Source: Bdellovibrionota bacterium
GTDB lineage: Bacteria; Bdellovibrionota_C; UBA2361; JAAYZI01
Assembly: GCA_050950765.1 (NCBI GenBank)
Contig: JBMNIF010000002.1
Location: forward strand, 288,001-352,000
Length of the DNA: 64,000 bases
Direction: 5' to 3'
The translations under genes were made by a program, and so were the position numbers. The notes under the pieces were generated by a model, which made no database searches, had not been told where the DNA came from, and saw nothing but the letters and a program-made list of their open reading frames with translations. Shown here in pieces: positions 39,639 through 49,520 of this stretch (positions are counted from its first letter, which is position 1; each line of letters starts with the position of its first letter).

Positions 39639-39783
39639 ATAACCTCTACTAAAACGTTTAAGTCTTAACTCAGATTACCTATTTAATGATAAAAATAACA
39701 GTGCTTTTTAGTATCTTAGCCTCTAACACTCCTTAATAACTCTATAATCTTCTACTTAAAGAGAAAAAGAGGTTACTTAAAAC

Positions 39784-39813
39784 AAAAAAAGGCAACCACA
39801 TCGGGGGTCGCCT
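39784..39813 (-). terminator. Intrinsic terminator after the 105-aa ORF
   Basis: Minus strand AGGCGACC-loop-GGTTGCCT followed by a T run. Confidence 0.7.
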
Positions 39814-39843
39814 CTCTCAGATATAATATTAAAAATTAACCGT

Positions 39844-40161
39844 TTACGCTGCCTGTAAAGCCTCTCTAAATTCAAAGATTAATTCCAACATATCTTTAAA
39901 ACCGGAGTGCCAGCCAAGATTTCGAATACTATCTTCTAAACGTCTACGCGTCAGCGCCTCTAACTGAATCAGGTCTCCGTAGCTAAAATTAGCCTCTTCA
40001 AAAACTTCTCTTAAATTTTCCAACTGATAAATCTGTAACGATGGGCTTGTTGCGATGATAGCCCTAACATTTTCCAACTTTTTGGCATTAATACTTAAAC
40101 AATCCGTTTTTGTTCCACTGAATACCTTTTGCCAACCTTCTGAATTACTATTGTATTCCAT
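39844..40161 (-). CDS. Hypothetical protein
   Basis: 105-aa ORF with GAGGGGG SD and its own terminator. Confidence 0.65.
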   Translation of the reverse strand: MEYNSNSEGWQKVFSGTKTDCLSINAKKLENVRAIIATSPSLQIYQLENLREVFEEANFSYGDLIQLEALTRRRLEDSIRNLGWHSGFKDMLELIFEFREALQAA

Positions 40162-40456
40162 TTATTCCCCCTCTATTATCTTCAAGGAGCGTTACTCAAA
40201 AATAAAGTAATACCGCTTTAGCTAAGTACGAATCCTAACTATCCCCCTCCCTGATCCCAAAAATTGTACAATGATAATTGATTTTTATATAACTACATGA
40301 TTTTTCAATGTGTTATACCTAAAATCCCTTGTTTCTTATAGGGCAACTATGACATCTAAGTAAATATTGTGGTTTTATGTTATATTTATCTGAAGCAACC
40401 TCTCTTAATCATTGGATTCTAGATCGGGTGAGGTTTCTCAAAAAAACGGTTTGCCA

Positions 40457-41209
40457 ATGTCAAAAAATAGAGTTCATATATTTTTTTATATATTTTTAAT
40501 TAATTACTTCTCTCTGTTTGCACCTTATGCAGCCGCTCAAACTCACGCTTTATCACAGGAAGAGATTGCAGCATTAGCAAAACAACTTCAGTTGGACGTA
40601 AGTAGTCGCCATATGCAACGTATTATCTCTTCGACACCTTATGAGCCCCCTTCAAATGACTATCCAACTAAAGTAATAAAACATATCAGAGGAAACGGTA
40701 AAGGGCGTTTCCCAACACAAGCTGAATACGAAAAAGAGTTCAGAACCCTTTGGGAGAAAGCCGAACAAGAAGCTGCCTTAAACAGAGACACAGAAGAAGA
40801 GTTGGAAGAGGGCGATATATTTTCAGTATCATCAGGACAGGAAGAAATTTTAGGGGATTGTCCAAAGAGTTTAACAGAAAGAACCGTTATCGCTGATAAA
40901 GATTCTCCTAATGCCGATACCGTTGTATACGATATCCTTTGGCTAAAAAACGAGTCCCAACTTCCGAAAGATCTGGTAGCAGCTTTCGGAGAAAATACCG
41001 TTGTTAGGTATTATCGTCCCTTCTCTCCTGACGCTCCCACAAAAACAGCGGTAGGACTGGGGGTAAATTGCCTCCCAACGCGGATCCGTGCCACAAACAG
41101 TGTAGTTTTTAAAGACGAAGGGCTTAATGCTCTTTTAAATTATGATAAAAATTTCTACGGTAGAGGTGTATTGCACCCATCAATGAAAGAGATTTTAGAG
41201 AAGAAGTGA
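40457..41209 (+). CDS. Secreted hypothetical protein, weakly TraW-like (thioredoxin-like C-terminus)
   Basis: Signal peptide (YAAA|Q); LGVNCLPTRI resembles the TraW FGI.AVP motif; lies immediately before the TraU-like gene. Confidence 0.45.
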   Translation: MSKNRVHIFFYIFLINYFSLFAPYAAAQTHALSQEEIAALAKQLQLDVSSRHMQRIISSTPYEPPSNDYPTKVIKHIRGNGKGRFPTQAEYEKEFRTLWEKAEQEAALNRDTEEELEEGDIFSVSSGQEEILGDCPKSLTERTVIADKDSPNADTVVYDILWLKNESQLPKDLVAAFGENTVVRYYRPFSPDAPTKTAVGLGVNCLPTRIRATNSVVFKDEGLNALLNYDKNFYGRGVLHPSMKEILEKK

Positions 41210-41216
41210 GGTTGCT

Positions 41217-43001
41217 GTGAAATTATCTATTAAAAAGATACGAACTGAATCATTATTTACGATCTGTTTTTCTATCGTTGCACTACTACCGGCTACTGCT
41301 GTTTCACAAGGGAAGGCACCGATCCCTGACAGCAAAACTATGGAAACCTACCTACGTGATGACCAGCTGGGAAAATATATAAAGATGCAAGCGGAAAAAG
41401 CGAAAGAGATGGAGGAGACAACAACAAAAAAAGCCATAGAAGATGCAAAGAAAACCTTAAGATCTACAAACAACTTCACCAGCAACGCTGAAGTGTACCA
41501 TCCTGATAAATGGGATCGCGGTGTTGATAAAATTACAAAGAAGTTTAATGAAACAGCCGATTTTATAGAGATGCTTATGGCGTATGGCGAATGCGGCTCC
41601 CCGATGCCGGTAGGAGTCTGCTTAGAATGTGCGTTATTTCCTCGCATCCAAGCCCTTATGTCGTACTATATGCCCGTTCAAAAGATTGAAATTTCAGAAG
41701 TACCAGGAAGAACAGGATATTATGAAAAAACAAAACTTAAACGTTACATGAGCGAATACGGAGACTGGACAAAAGCGAAATATGGAGAGGCAATAAATAA
41801 AAGTGGCAGTAATCTCCCTATAGAAGCAGTCCTAAAGCAGCAATATGAAAAGACAGCACAACAGTCGAGAAAAAACTCACTTGGTGACCCCACCAAAGAC
41901 TGGGTGCTTGGAGAAGATAAAACGGGTTGGTTTAAAAAAACAAAACCTGATACCGCCCTTATTGATGAAGCAAAAAATAATAATTTCAATGATGCTTTCT
42001 GGCGTGTCGGTAAGTTACCTTCAGCCTCATGGGCATTTCCTCATATTTTTAACGCTGAATTTGATAACGAAGGAACGAAGACACTTTTTAAAGACATTTG
42101 GGGACACGATGGTGCCTTAGAAGCAGAAAGAAAAACGAACTGCGTTAATCAATGCAAAACCGATGCAGCAAACGAAAGGAGATCTGTCCCCTCTTGGTTT
42201 GCTGAAGGACCTGAAAGTGTTCAAGTCTTTTTTAATTCAATTATGAGCTACAATCACCGCGCTCCAAAATCGCAGGAAGCAAAGATAACTAAAATTAGTA
42301 TCGATAAAACAGCCAAAGGTCCACGTAAACACAACTACTACGATAAAATGAAAAACACGAAAACCCCTGAAGATATTTGGGAACAACTAACCAATGGAGA
42401 AAATACTACTCCTGCAAGTAAAAATAGAAATCGAGAAGCATTGGAAGATAACTTCGGAATTTGCGGTATCTATACACATGAAGGTCAAAAACACGATAAG
42501 TGCCTTAGAGGACAACACGGTGCAAAGGGACCGTTAACGGCGCAGGTTGGTACCCTCTATCATCCACGTGCTGCTATGGTAGCTGCTTGGCGAGGGCTTT
42601 TTTGGGTAACTGCCATTGAAGATGACGCACCGGTTGGTACTTATAAAACATCCTTAGATGATGATTGCGACCCCAAAATTCCGCGCAAAAAATATCACCC
42701 TTTTTATAATGAAAACGTTAATGGAAAAGGGAGCCGTTTTACTGGAAAACCTAGAGCTCGTTTACAGATTTTAACAAATCATTCCCCTAAGAGATACAGA
42801 CACCTTAGAGGTTGCAGACCCTTCCTCTCACAAAAAACATTTATCCCAGACTGGTCCGGTCCCGAATTCGGTGATGCTAATAAAGATATTAGTGATGAGC
42901 ACGGTAACCATACTATTTTAGTACAGTGGCAACACTTTAGAAATTGTAGAACTAACTTTTTTAGAATTTTCCCGTTTACGGGGAAAAACATCTGGTACTA
43001 A
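41217..43001 (+). CDS. Secreted Cys-rich TraU-family-like protein
   Basis: Signal peptide; C.SPMPVGVCLEC..PRI...SYYMPVQKIEISEVPG; GPLT..VG....RAAMVAAWRG; terminal ILVQWQHFRNC, all colinear with TraU-family blocks. Confidence 0.6.
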   Translation: MKLSIKKIRTESLFTICFSIVALLPATAVSQGKAPIPDSKTMETYLRDDQLGKYIKMQAEKAKEMEETTTKKAIEDAKKTLRSTNNFTSNAEVYHPDKWDRGVDKITKKFNETADFIEMLMAYGECGSPMPVGVCLECALFPRIQALMSYYMPVQKIEISEVPGRTGYYEKTKLKRYMSEYGDWTKAKYGEAINKSGSNLPIEAVLKQQYEKTAQQSRKNSLGDPTKDWVLGEDKTGWFKKTKPDTALIDEAKNNNFNDAFWRVGKLPSASWAFPHIFNAEFDNEGTKTLFKDIWGHDGALEAERKTNCVNQCKTDAANERRSVPSWFAEGPESVQVFFNSIMSYNHRAPKSQEAKITKISIDKTAKGPRKHNYYDKMKNTKTPEDIWEQLTNGENTTPASKNRNREALEDNFGICGIYTHEGQKHDKCLRGQHGAKGPLTAQVGTLYHPRAAMVAAWRGLFWVTAIEDDAPVGTYKTSLDDDCDPKIPRKKYHPFYNENVNGKGSRFTGKPRARLQILTNHSPKRYRHLRGCRPFLSQKTFIPDWSGPEFGDANKDISDEHGNHTILVQWQHFRNCRTNFFRIFPFTGKNIWY

Positions 43002-43004
43002 TAA

Positions 43005-43775
43005 ATGAAAAAGAGAGCTTTATTATATTTTGCTTTACTTTGTCTAACAGTAACGGCGACTTCGTTATCAGCACAGGAGCAAGAAAAACCGAAGGCTTTT
43101 TTTGATAAAGGCTCTGCTGGAACCCCTTTAACTTTTCCGCCGTCAGATACAAAAACAACTTTTTTTGATAAAGGCTCTGCTAGCACTCCTTTAACGAAAA
43201 AACGTAGAGATATCTTCGACTCCTCCACTTCAAAAGCTACAAGAGGTAACACCCCTGATTTTATCTCTTCTTCACGTGCATCATCTCACGATGCTGAGAA
43301 AAAAGATAAAGGGAAGGTATACGATAATGATAGCCGTGAAGAATCTATTAGCGAACAGCACGGTAAAAAGATTATTAATATCGGTGCTGCGATAAACGGT
43401 GTAGATCAAGATCACCTAAAAAGAGAGATTCAAAAACTTATCGAGGCAGTTGATAAACACGATCTTGATGCTGGAGAGATCTTCTTAATTACGCAAAATT
43501 ATGCAGCTGCCAGTGATATTGCGTTACCGTTAGTGGTGCGTGGCGGAATTGTCACCTTTCCAGCGCAGGTACCTGCTGAATATAACGCCACAATCTCTCC
43601 TACTTGGATTTTACAAACTGAAGAGGGCAAGATAGTTTTAGAAGGTGTTGATGATCTAAATAGATATATCAACAAAAAAGGAGAGTTTGTTGAAAAAGCC
43701 CAGCCCCTCAAAATGATGGATTCTGAAAACAGGCAGGAGTTTAAATCTTTTTCATCACTATTTGATACAAACTAA
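43005..43775 (+). CDS. Secreted TrbC (F-type)-like thioredoxin-fold protein
   Basis: Signal peptide; LVVRGG and P.EYNATISPTWIL...VLEG resemble the TrbC LV.RG and Y.I..VP.FV...G motifs. Confidence 0.5.
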   Translation: MKKRALLYFALLCLTVTATSLSAQEQEKPKAFFDKGSAGTPLTFPPSDTKTTFFDKGSASTPLTKKRRDIFDSSTSKATRGNTPDFISSSRASSHDAEKKDKGKVYDNDSREESISEQHGKKIINIGAAINGVDQDHLKREIQKLIEAVDKHDLDAGEIFLITQNYAAASDIALPLVVRGGIVTFPAQVPAEYNATISPTWILQTEEGKIVLEGVDDLNRYINKKGEFVEKAQPLKMMDSENRQEFKSFSSLFDTN

Positions 43776-43795
43776 TGTAAAAAGGTTTTATTACA

Positions 43796-44962
43796 GTGAG
43801 TAGCGAATTAACTTTGACATTCAAACTGGGTGACTTAATCGCAAACCGCTACAAGATTGTTAAAGAGTTGCGCGCTGGTAGTATGGGGGTTGTTTATGTT
43901 TGTCAACATCATGAATTTTATGATCGTCTCGTAGCCGTAAAGATCTTATTTCCATATATAGCAAAAGATAAGGTGGCTTGTGCTCGGCTTTATCAAGAGA
44001 TCACCGCTTCATACTTGGTGACCAATATAAATGTAGTGCGAACTTATGAATTTATAAGAACTGACTCTTTAATCGGCTACTCTATGGAATATGTAGAAGG
44101 TGAAGATTTAGCTGAAAAATTAGAGAGAGAAAAGCAGCTTCCGCCACTTGATGTGGCTGACATTTTACGTCAGATCTGTGTAGGAGTGCAGGCGATCTAC
44201 TCTGCTGGTCTAGTTCATAGAGACTTAAGACCTGAAAATATCCTCATAAAGAAAAACGGACTTATTAAAATTACGGATTTCGGCATTGTGCATGTAAAGA
44301 ACGCCCCACGTATAACGGAAAAAGGTGGTGTTGTTGGAAATCTCGCCTATATGAGCCCTGAATACTTAAAATCAGGGGAGGTAGATTGGCGTTCAGATAT
44401 CTATGCTATTGGGGTACTTGGTTATAAGATGTTGACGGGCGTAACACCGATATCATCTACTAGTGTAGTTGATTATGTGCAGAAATGTGTTACTAACGAA
44501 ATCGATCCTATCACTAAAAGTGTACCGAATTGCCCTCCCTCCCTCGAAAAAATTATTTTAAAAGCTTTAGAGGTCGATCCACAGAAACGTTACCAATCAG
44601 CTTTAGCTATGCAGTGTGACCTTAACGAATTTATTCACGCTGAAACAGGACAGATAACAAAGACATATTTAAACAGTGATATAATACCTAGCGGAATGAA
44701 TCTATCTTCTTATTTTTCACCATCCATAAATGATGATTCCACTTCAAAACCTTTAGAAGAGGATCTTCAAGCGCCGATACTTGTCCAAGATCACGATTTA
44801 AGAAAAACGATCGTAAAACCGTTTAAGGCAGAGGGAGGTGTTGAAAGATACGACCAACAACTAAGCCCTGATATCACACCTTCACAACCGTTAGATCTTG
44901 CAGATAATGGTGAAGTAGAAATTTCAACGTTATATGCAAATGATACCATCACAGAAGAGTAG
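43796..44962 (+). CDS. Hanks-type Ser/Thr protein kinase, cytoplasmic, with acidic disordered tail
   Basis: GSMGVVY, VAVKIL, HRDLRPEN, DFG, GNLAYMSPE, SDIYAIG; no TM. Confidence 0.95.
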   Translation: MSSELTLTFKLGDLIANRYKIVKELRAGSMGVVYVCQHHEFYDRLVAVKILFPYIAKDKVACARLYQEITASYLVTNINVVRTYEFIRTDSLIGYSMEYVEGEDLAEKLEREKQLPPLDVADILRQICVGVQAIYSAGLVHRDLRPENILIKKNGLIKITDFGIVHVKNAPRITEKGGVVGNLAYMSPEYLKSGEVDWRSDIYAIGVLGYKMLTGVTPISSTSVVDYVQKCVTNEIDPITKSVPNCPPSLEKIILKALEVDPQKRYQSALAMQCDLNEFIHAETGQITKTYLNSDIIPSGMNLSSYFSPSINDDSTSKPLEEDLQAPILVQDHDLRKTIVKPFKAEGGVERYDQQLSPDITPSQPLDLADNGEVEISTLYANDTITEE

Positions 44963-45481
44963 TAGAGCTAGGTGCTGATCTTACTCGCCCCTTAACTAAG
45001 CTTTTATATAATATTGTGAAGATCTTACTAAAAAAGGACCTCACTATTTGAGTTAAATATAAAAAAGCTCTAAACTCTCTCTCGTATTGCAACCATTCAG
45101 CGCAAAGCAATTAACAAATTCTTATCTGAGTGCGGAATCTCACCTGGCAGTTTTGACCATCGCTTAAAAAACACCCCATCCAACTTTGAAAAATATGCAA
45201 CATCCATACAAAAAGAGGGGGATGGCGTTTTTGAGAAATACCTCCCCAAACTTTGAAAAATATATCCGTAAAGAGCAGGGGCTCTGCGGAGCTTTATAAC
45301 GCTACAAAATAACTTCTACTATCAAGATCTTATCAGAAAGTGTTAGTTTAACGACCTTTTTTGCCACCTACACAATAAGTTTTCCCTCGTTTTTATTATC
45401 TTTCCCCTTGTTTAGTATCAACTATCAATTACAATCTCCATAAAGATAATTAACACCTTCGCCATAACTAATAAGAGCTTT

Positions 45482-47599
45482 ATGTCAGCAAGAGAAACAA
45501 CACGCGGAAATAAAAGAGATACGAGACAACCTAGAAGTGAGGAAACAGATATTTCACAGGGGAGACCCGACCTCTCTGAAGCAATATTTGGTAAACAAGG
45601 TAGATCTTTTCGAACGCAACAAAACAACCGAATAGATCGCCACAAAACACCACACAAATTAGGAGACCCCTCTAAACGATCGGTTTCAAAACAAAAGGGG
45701 AGATCTCAAAAAAATTTTGATCCAGACAGTGTAAAGCGAATTCTTGCAGCAGAAAAGGGAGAACAGATCCGGAAATGTTTGAACAACATAAAGGAGGATG
45801 AATATCCCTTTATCTGTGCAGATATGGTGCTCAGTTTAATCATCGACAAAGGAGAAGAAGACCTAATTACAAAAGAAAAGATGTTTGCACGCTACTATGC
45901 AGCAGTAGAAAATAAAAAAGGTGCTTTTCAAACCACCCTTTCCGAAATGTTTAAAGAGATGTCAAAAATAGAAACTGATCCCCCTTCCAATTATCTGAAA
46001 AAAATGCAAAAGCAATTCCCTCAAACGATAGAGATTGAAAAAAAACGAGGTGTCATTCAAGGAGAAAACAGATCGGAGGAAGAGGAGCGAGACACGATGT
46101 CAAGCATTTTCATGGAAGCAATATTCGATGCTTCAGCAAATGGCTCTCTGGGAAAATACCAACATTTAGAGCCCGAACTAGAAGAGTGGGCTTCTAAGGT
46201 ATCATCTGTAATGATATCACATCTGTACAATTCAGAATCATTCAAGAACCGAAACATCAATGAAATGGTGAAACTTTTTATCGGTTCCACCATTATTCTT
46301 GAACACTATTTATCCCCTTTAAACTTAATCTTAATAAACGGAGATAAGGAATTTGAAGGAATTACTGCATCTATTTTAGCAATTCCTTTTAATAATATGC
46401 GTTGCTCAATATTATCAAATATCACTCGCGAAATAATGAGTTCATTATCAGAGTCAAAAGATAAGGAACGTTTTATTGATTTTACCTCAAAATTTTATAG
46501 ATCGGATCTCAGCACTTATTATATCTCTCCTGGAGAATATTATGAACTAACAGCTCACTTTTCGAGTTTTGGAAAGATTAGAAAATATTTAGAATCCATA
46601 CTTCCAAAAGCTGACACCTTTACTAAGCTAAACGATATCACTAGACAGTTGCAAGAACATCCGTTCCTTGATTCTATTAAAATAAGACTTAAAGATCTGA
46701 CGTTGCCTCATGGTGAAATATTACTGCGCTACTCGCAAGAAGGGCATCCAGATCTACTCCTACACTACAATACGAGACAAAATTATACTGACATTATTAT
46801 CTATGGAAATAAGGGGTTTTCATTTCAGATTCAAACTGCTCGTGCTACACATAAAACATACCTCGACAACTCCATCGACGATACTCTCGGTATTAGAATA
46901 ACCGACAATGCCAAGATACACATCGGAGATGACGATCTTTATTCTACCGTTCCTAATAGTGCAGAATATCTCGATGCTTTAGAAACTGCACTACAAATAG
47001 AAATAACTGGAATCGCTATTATTCAGAGATGGATGCGCAGCAATCCGGAGTTGTTTTGTAACCTCAATTGGAGCAATCCTCTTTTACTATCTATCAAAGA
47101 AGGAGAGGGTGCCATTGCAATAACTGATGATGAGCTCGTCATAAAACAGATTCCTCAAAAAAACTCTGGGTGCGAACTTTCCGACGAAAACAGATCTTTT
47201 GCTAAGAGATTCGGTATCACCCCGCTTTACGGAACAACACTTGAAAAGCCACAACAGAAACCCACAGAAGAGGAAGAACCGACATCCCCAGAAGATCAGT
47301 TATCTGATTCTGAAAGGATCATCTATAGGGAAATTTATAAATACCTCCCTAATGGGAAATTCTCTTGGGTGTGGTTTAAAGAAAATTTAGATCCCTCTTT
47401 TGGAGAGCTGATTTTTGATAGGTCGGGCGGAAAAGGTAGCCATTCTAAAGTTTACTTAAAAAAGAACGGCGAGAAAATTGGATATTGGACAGCCTCACGA
47501 AAGGAGGTTCGCAATATCAGTCACAGATCTAGACTAAAAGAGATACTTGAAGGTCTACAGATCTCTCCGCAAGAGTTTCTTGAAAGCCTTGAACGGTAA
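45482..47599 (+). CDS. Large hypothetical protein with C-terminal HicA-like domain
   Basis: 705-aa ORF; C-terminus FDRSGGKGSHSKVY...RLKEILEGLQISPQEFLE resembles HicA. Confidence 0.7.
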   Translation: MSARETTRGNKRDTRQPRSEETDISQGRPDLSEAIFGKQGRSFRTQQNNRIDRHKTPHKLGDPSKRSVSKQKGRSQKNFDPDSVKRILAAEKGEQIRKCLNNIKEDEYPFICADMVLSLIIDKGEEDLITKEKMFARYYAAVENKKGAFQTTLSEMFKEMSKIETDPPSNYLKKMQKQFPQTIEIEKKRGVIQGENRSEEEERDTMSSIFMEAIFDASANGSLGKYQHLEPELEEWASKVSSVMISHLYNSESFKNRNINEMVKLFIGSTIILEHYLSPLNLILINGDKEFEGITASILAIPFNNMRCSILSNITREIMSSLSESKDKERFIDFTSKFYRSDLSTYYISPGEYYELTAHFSSFGKIRKYLESILPKADTFTKLNDITRQLQEHPFLDSIKIRLKDLTLPHGEILLRYSQEGHPDLLLHYNTRQNYTDIIIYGNKGFSFQIQTARATHKTYLDNSIDDTLGIRITDNAKIHIGDDDLYSTVPNSAEYLDALETALQIEITGIAIIQRWMRSNPELFCNLNWSNPLLLSIKEGEGAIAITDDELVIKQIPQKNSGCELSDENRSFAKRFGITPLYGTTLEKPQQKPTEEEEPTSPEDQLSDSERIIYREIYKYLPNGKFSWVWFKENLDPSFGELIFDRSGGKGSHSKVYLKKNGEKIGYWTASRKEVRNISHRSRLKEILEGLQISPQEFLESLER

Positions 47600-47615
47600 A
47601 AATGACGAACATCCG

Positions 47616-49298
47616 TTACTTTACCGTCAACTTCCTAAATTTCACACGTTGCGGCAGTATGGCAGCATCACCAAGCCTTCTCTTCTTATCTTCTTCATAA
47701 TCATCAAAATTGCCTTCAACCATCACCACCTTACTGTCACCCTCAAAAGCGATAATATGTGTAGCTATCCTATTTAAGAACCAACGATCGTGGCTAATAA
47801 CTAAAACACACCCTGCGAATTCAATTAAAGCTTCTTCCAAAGCTCGTAACGTATTCACATCCAGATCATTAGTCGGCTCGTCTAAAAGTAAAACATTTCC
47901 ACCCTCTTTCAGAAGCTTCGCCAAATGCACCCTATTTCTTTCACCTCCTGACAACACACCGACTTTTTTCTGTTGATCGGAACCTGTAAAATTAAACTTG
48001 GCACAATAAGCTCGTGAATTAATATCACGTGCACCAAGCTTTAACTGATCATAACCTTCAGAGATCTCCTCCCAAATCGTACGATCGGGATTAAGGGCAT
48101 CTCTTTTTTGATCAACATACGCCAACTTAACCGTCTCACCCAACGTAATACTTCCGCTATCAGGAACCTCCTGACCCGTAATAAGTTTAAAAAGGGTTGT
48201 TTTACCAACACCATTACCACCAATAATACCAACAATACTTCCCGCTGGTATCTTTAACGATAGATCTTCAAAAAGAAGTTTATCACCAAAACTTTTTGTT
48301 AACCCTTTTGTTTCAATAACAACATTCCCAAGTCGTGGTCCTGGTGGAATATAGATCTCCATCTCTTCAATTTTATCAGGGCTATCTTGAGCTAATAAAG
48401 CACTATACGCTTCTACGCGAGCTTTGCTCTTAGCATGCCTAGCACGTGGAGACATACGGATCCATTCCAACTCTCTGGCTAAGGTGCGCTGTTTTTTAGA
48501 TTCTTGCTTCTCTTCCTGCGCCAAACGTTTCTGTTTTTGCTCCAACCAAGATGAATAATTCCCCTTCCACGGGATGCCGTGTCCACGATCAAGCTCCAAA
48601 ATCCAGCCTGCGATATTATCAAGAAAATAGCGATCGTGCGTAACTGCTATCACCGTTCCTGCATAATCCTTTAAAAAATTTTCCAACCATAAAACTGATT
48701 CGGCATCAAGGTGATTAGTAGGTTCATCAAGTAACAAAACATCAGGACGTTGTAAAAGTAATCTACACAGTGCAACACGTCTGATTTCACCGCCGGAAAG
48801 CTCTGATACACTCTGTTCAGCAGGAGGAAGACGCAAAGCATCCATAGCAACTTCTATCGTATGATCAATCTCCCAACCATTATTGAGGTCTATTTTTTCT
48901 TGCACCTTAGCCTGCTCATCAAGGAGAGCCTGCATCTTATCAGGATCTAGTTCAGGATCCGCAAAAGCTTCATTAATCTCTTCAAATCGCTTAAGTAGTG
49001 CAACCGTTTCTCCCATAGCTTCAAGGACATTTTCCTTAACGTTTTTAGTCGGATCTAATTTAGGTTCTTGCGGAAGATACCCTATCGTCATGCCCTCTTC
49101 CGCCCAAGCCTCACCTATAAAATCTTTTTCAACACCTGCCATAATTTTCAGCAGCGTTGATTTACCAGATCCGTTAAGCCCAAGCACTCCGATCTTGGCA
49201 CCGTAAAAATAGGAAAGGCTGATATCTCTCAGAACCGTTTTGTTCGGCGGATAAGTTTTTGAAACCCTCTGCATACTGTAAGCGTACTTCTGTTCCAT
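47616..49298 (-). CDS. ettA: ABC-F translational throttle protein EttA
   Basis: DISLSYFYGAKIGVLGLNGSGKS, two ABC domains, GNYSSWLEQKQKRL, RELEWIR; start placed at ATG 49298. Confidence 0.95.
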   Translation of the reverse strand: MEQKYAYSMQRVSKTYPPNKTVLRDISLSYFYGAKIGVLGLNGSGKSTLLKIMAGVEKDFIGEAWAEEGMTIGYLPQEPKLDPTKNVKENVLEAMGETVALLKRFEEINEAFADPELDPDKMQALLDEQAKVQEKIDLNNGWEIDHTIEVAMDALRLPPAEQSVSELSGGEIRRVALCRLLLQRPDVLLLDEPTNHLDAESVLWLENFLKDYAGTVIAVTHDRYFLDNIAGWILELDRGHGIPWKGNYSSWLEQKQKRLAQEEKQESKKQRTLARELEWIRMSPRARHAKSKARVEAYSALLAQDSPDKIEEMEIYIPPGPRLGNVVIETKGLTKSFGDKLLFEDLSLKIPAGSIVGIIGGNGVGKTTLFKLITGQEVPDSGSITLGETVKLAYVDQKRDALNPDRTIWEEISEGYDQLKLGARDINSRAYCAKFNFTGSDQQKKVGVLSGGERNRVHLAKLLKEGGNVLLLDEPTNDLDVNTLRALEEALIEFAGCVLVISHDRWFLNRIATHIIAFEGDSKVVMVEGNFDDYEEDKKRRLGDAAILPQRVKFRKLTVK

Positions 49299-49520
49299 AT
49301 TCATCCCTATAAAATCAAAGCGTAAAAGATCGATAATAATCAATATTGCTTCAGTTTCTGTCAATAATATCTTAGAGTGAGATACCCTTTTTATCAAAGT
49401 TATTGTAAAAACTTAATCATACCTTGAGGCCATTCACAACTTTTTAGCATTTTTTGATAGTTATAAGGTTCATAAGATCATAAACTGCAATAAAATTTTG
49501 ACACACTTAATGGATTTGCT

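Noticed and set aside
45245..45254. CCCAAACTTT identical to the IS terminal 10-mer
   Set aside because: No TTTACGTA half, no partner end and no target duplication; a 10-mer match is plausible by chance in 64 kb
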